Positions 38,444 to 41,354 of a DNA stretch of 41,354 nucleotides are shown piece by piece. Position numbers and translations under genes: made by a program. Under the pieces are notes generated by a model, which saw nothing but the letters and a program-made list of their open reading frames with translations, made no database searches and was not told the origin of the DNA. Position 1 is the stretch's first letter, and the number at the start of each line of letters is the position of its first letter. This DNA comes from Candidatus Krumholzibacteriia bacterium. GTDB lineage: Bacteria > Krumholzibacteriota > Krumholzibacteriia > WVZY01. Location of the stretch: contig JAZGDW010000075.1 in NCBI GenBank assembly GCA_036478295.1, forward strand, positions 1-41,354. Direction: 5' to 3'.

Positions 38444-40162
38444 CGTGTTCATCTTGCCGAGTACTTCGGAGTTCTCGCCCTGGAGGTGGAGTGATTTCTG
38501 GTATGCGGCCAGGGCATCGCGATAGCGTTTCAGCGACTGGTAAGCATCACCGAGATGCTCCAGGATGACGGGATCGTCCCCCACAAGGTTGGACGCTTTT
38601 TCCAGCTCGATAACCGCACGGGGGTAGTCGCCACGTTTGTAATAGACCCAGCCAAGGCTGTCGGTATAGTACCCGTTGCCCGGATCATGTTTCAAGGCAG
38701 TTCGTACGAGCGCCTCGGCTTTGTCGAGGTCCTTGCCCATCAGCGCCAGGAGGTAGCCGTAAAAGTTGCAGATCGTCGCGTCATCGGGCTTCTGCCCGTA
38801 AAGGGCGATGACGTGCTTTTCGGCCTCCGCGTACCGCTTCATTTTCTCCAAGACCGAGCCGAGGTTGAGCAGCGCGCGCTCGTCCCCTGGGCGAAGCTCT
38901 ATGGCTTTGACGAGGTATTCCCTGGCCTGCTCGTACGCCTTGATGCTCTGGTACGAAACCCCCACCAGGTGGACCGCCTCGAAATCGCCCGGATCGATCA
39001 CCGTGGCGGCGCTCTCGAGAAGAGCTGTGACTTCATCCTCGGGAAGCGAGATGGTTGGAGAACCCTCATCGTTGAACCTCGGGGAGGTCGCGAAAAATAG
39101 CCCCATGTAGTTTCGATAATCCTTTGGGCCGAGTTCGATCGCTTCCCTGTAGTGCTTCAGGGCCCGATCCGGTTTGTTCGCTTTGAGCGAAATCTCGGCG
39201 AGTACGCGCGACATCTCCGACGTTCGCGTCTCCTGGTCGAACAGCGTCTCGAAAATGCCAAACGCTTCTTCGTATTCCCCGGCCTCGTAGTACACCCTGC
39301 CCAGCAGCAGCAGGCCATCTCTGTTGAGATTCGAGCGCTGTGCCTCGCCTTCGAGCACTCGAATCGCGCTATCGAGCTTGCCCTGGCTGAAGTAGAGGTT
39401 CGCCATCAAGAGCAACGCTTCGGGGCTGTCGACCTCCTGTTCCCGGAGATTCTCGAGCACCTCCTGTGCTTCGGCGAAGCGCTCATCCTCGACCAGCATC
39501 GCCGACAGCTCCAGCGCGGCGTCGACGAAACGCGGTTCGAGCTCAAGCGCATTTCGCATCGCCTCCTGCGCGTCGTCCCGCCGCTGGAACTTGCGCAGAA
39601 GCAGCCCATAAGTATAGTGCAGGAAAGGATAGTAAGGGTCGAGGACGATGGCGTCTTTGTACGCCTCGAGCGCCTCCTCGTCGCGACCCAGCTCGAACAG
39701 CACTTTGGCAAGCAATCGCTCGGTTTCGAATCTTGGTTTGTCGAAGGCTTTCAGCGTCCGCAGAAACTGCAGTGCCTCAACACGTGCGCCCTTTACGTAG
39801 TGGATCTTTGCCTTGAGATAAAGCGCGGTCGTGTTTCTCTCGTTGTCCGCCAGCAGCTCATCGAGCACGCGCTCACACGAGGTCAGGTTGCCGAGCCGGA
39901 AATAGGCGTCCGCCAGTTTGTCGCCGATGGCCCCGTTGTGCTCGCTCAGTTCCCAGGCGGTTTCGAGATGTGGCAGCGCCTCGTCAGGAGAACCGCTTTC
40001 CAGCAGGAATATGGCCTTGGTGTATTCCGAGGCTACCTTGTCTTCGTCGACCGTGCTCGTCTCCGGCGGCACCGCCCAGCCCGTTGCGCACGGCACCGCG
40101 GCGAGGAACGCCAGCACGCACAGCGCGACGCCGCCCCGCACGATCCTCGAGATGTTGTTCAT
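38420..40162 (-). CDS. exported TPR-repeat protein
   Basis: Signal peptide after MNNISR; many TPRs; C-terminal NFYGY, DSLGWVYYKRG and EHLGD, typical of long periplasmic TPR proteins. Confidence 0.9.
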   Translation of the reverse strand: MNNISRIVRGGVALCVLAFLAAVPCATGWAVPPETSTVDEDKVASEYTKAIFLLESGSPDEALPHLETAWELSEHNGAIGDKLADAYFRLGNLTSCERVLDELLADNERNTTALYLKAKIHYVKGARVEALQFLRTLKAFDKPRFETERLLAKVLFELGRDEEALEAYKDAIVLDPYYPFLHYTYGLLLRKFQRRDDAQEAMRNALELEPRFVDAALELSAMLVEDERFAEAQEVLENLREQEVDSPEALLLMANLYFSQGKLDSAIRVLEGEAQRSNLNRDGLLLLGRVYYEAGEYEEAFGIFETLFDQETRTSEMSRVLAEISLKANKPDRALKHYREAIELGPKDYRNYMGLFFATSPRFNDEGSPTISLPEDEVTALLESAATVIDPGDFEAVHLVGVSYQSIKAYEQAREYLVKAIELRPGDERALLNLGSVLEKMKRYAEAEKHVIALYGQKPDDATICNFYGYLLALMGKDLDKAEALVRTALKHDPGNGYYTDSLGWVYYKRGDYPRAVIELEKASNLVGDDPVILEHLGDAYQSLKRYRDALAAYQKSLHLQGENSEVLGKMNTAREQLGH

Positions 40163-40265
40163 GTTCAGGCCCTTCCCGTATCTTGCGACACCGCCAAGCG
40201 CGGTCGTCGAAATAGCCCTTTGCCTGTAACTTAGTATGATATATCTTGCTAGCAAAAGGATTTAT

Positions 40266-40721
40266 GTGAAAACCCGACTTGTATCATGCTTTCTAGCTGT
40301 CACGGGTCTCGCCGTCATTGTGACGCCCGCCTGCTACACCCTCTTGAGACACCCGCTGGTTAAGCGTGTCGTTTACGAAGAAGTGACCGATCGACGGTGC
40401 AACGGTTGCCACGAGCAAGACGAGCTGTGGGCGTTCCACCATCCCCCCAACCACCGTTTCCGTATGGACTCCGGGCACTCCAACTGGAACCGCTACTACG
40501 ACATTCCTTGGTGGTACAACGAGTACTGGTACTACGACCACGATGCCGCCCGGATGCCGCGGGTGGGCGCGTTCCCACCGGGCGCCGGCAGGGTTCCCGA
40601 CGAACGGCGGGCTGAAGCCCTCCGTTCCCAGTGGGGGGCCACCCCCCGGCCACCTCTCGACAGCGGCCCCGCCCCTAAGGGCAAAACCCCTAATGAGACT
40701 AGCAAGAAACGCACCGTCTGA
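40266..40721 (+). CDS. small lipoprotein with a single CxxCH motif
   Basis: AAGGA RBS, GTG at 40266, signal ending TPAC-YTLLRHP, CNGCH, W/Y-rich segment and Pro-rich tail. Confidence 0.75.
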   Translation: MKTRLVSCFLAVTGLAVIVTPACYTLLRHPLVKRVVYEEVTDRRCNGCHEQDELWAFHHPPNHRFRMDSGHSNWNRYYDIPWWYNEYWYYDHDAARMPRVGAFPPGAGRVPDERRAEALRSQWGATPRPPLDSGPAPKGKTPNETSKKRTV

Positions 40722-41354
40722 GCCGAAAAGACCGCGGTGGCGCCACCTGACGGCGGCACGGATTGCGGTCTTGTGCATACCCCTGCTGGCGGCGAGCGTG
40801 GTCCGCTCCCAGAGTATCGACGATGCCTTGGTGTTCGAGGACCTCGGCATCACGCACGTACTGACGCCCGCCGCCCGCGTGTCGGGTCTCGCCGGGACGT
40901 ATACCTCGATGGCCGACGACGCCCATGCACTCATCTACAATCCGGCCGGCCTCGCCCGGGTCCGGCGGATTGAATTCGCCTTCGGCCTGCAACGCCAGCG
41001 TCACGACCTCGACAACACCTTTCTTGGCAGCCCCAACGAACTCGACCTGACGTCGTCCTCCCTGGATTACATCGCGGCGACGTTGCCGATCCCCACCTAC
41101 CGTGGCAGCTTCGCGGTGGCGTTCGGTGTCTACCGCGTCATGTCCGCCGACCTCGACATCGTCACCCGGGGATCGTCGACCATGACGACGGCGAACGGCG
41201 ATTTCCGTTTGCAGCAATCAGGGGACCTGTACAGTTACAACCTTGGGGCCGGTGTCGACGTGTCCCCATATCTCTCCATCGGCGCCAACCTTTTCTTGCT
41301 TGACGGCACCGTCGAGTCGTTCACGCAGTTCTCCTTTGATGTGGCACCGCCCCC
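40693..41354 (+). CDS. OmpP1/FadL-family outer membrane beta-barrel (3'-truncated)
   Basis: Manual translation from ATG 40693 stays open to the window end: signal peptide, ARVSGLAGTYTSMADDAHALIYNPAGL (NPA hatch motif) and amphipathic strands (YSYNLGAGVDV, LSIGANL). Not in the ORF track. Confidence 0.85.
   Translation, partial: MRLARNAPSEPKRPRWRHLTAARIAVLCIPLLAASVVRSQSIDDALVFEDLGITHVLTPAARVSGLAGTYTSMADDAHALIYNPAGLARVRRIEFAFGLQRQRHDLDNTFLGSPNELDLTSSSLDYIAATLPIPTYRGSFAVAFGVYRVMSADLDIVTRGSSTMTTANGDFRLQQSGDLYSYNLGAGVDVSPYLSIGANLFLLDGTVESFTQFSFDVAPP

Noticed and set aside
40293..41217. Minus-strand ORFs 40293..40934 and 40699..41217
   Set aside because: They are antisense to the lipoprotein and FadL-family genes, which have clear motifs.

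Overview
GC-rich, gene-dense core-genome window from a diderm (LPS-producing) bacterium. Almost all genes from 1 to 40162 lie on the minus strand. In transcription order: TPR protein, DUF4292-like lipoprotein, ECF sigma (RpoE-like), zinc anti-sigma, DUF4837 lipoprotein, TPR/acidic protein, efp, accB, PilT/PilU-family ATPase, accC, ftsK, rimO, two unknown envelope proteins, bamD, nadD, polA, coaE, prfB (+1 frameshift), lysS, lolC/E, lolD, mcsA, mcsB, clpC, bamA, skp, lpxD, lpxC-fabZ fusion, lpxA, Gfo/Idh/MocA oxidoreductase (GnnA-like), lpxB, DUF374 (LpxJ-like), lpxK and the start of nadB. A divergent plus-strand unit at the right end encodes a small CxxCH lipoprotein and a truncated OmpP1/FadL-family barrel. 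The gene order resembles Gemmatimonadota and FCB-adjacent candidate phyla (inference from recalled synteny, not a search). I found no mobile element, CRISPR array, rRNA or canonical tRNA. Best leads: the CxxCH lipoprotein/FadL pair, a PilU-like ATPase splitting accB from accC, a CtsR-less McsAB-ClpC module inside the outer-membrane biogenesis cluster, a gnnA-like gene without gnnB, a structured ftsK leader, an ECF promoter overlapping the sigma start codon, and a duplicated gene junction. All calls rest on motif recognition only; no database searches were run.
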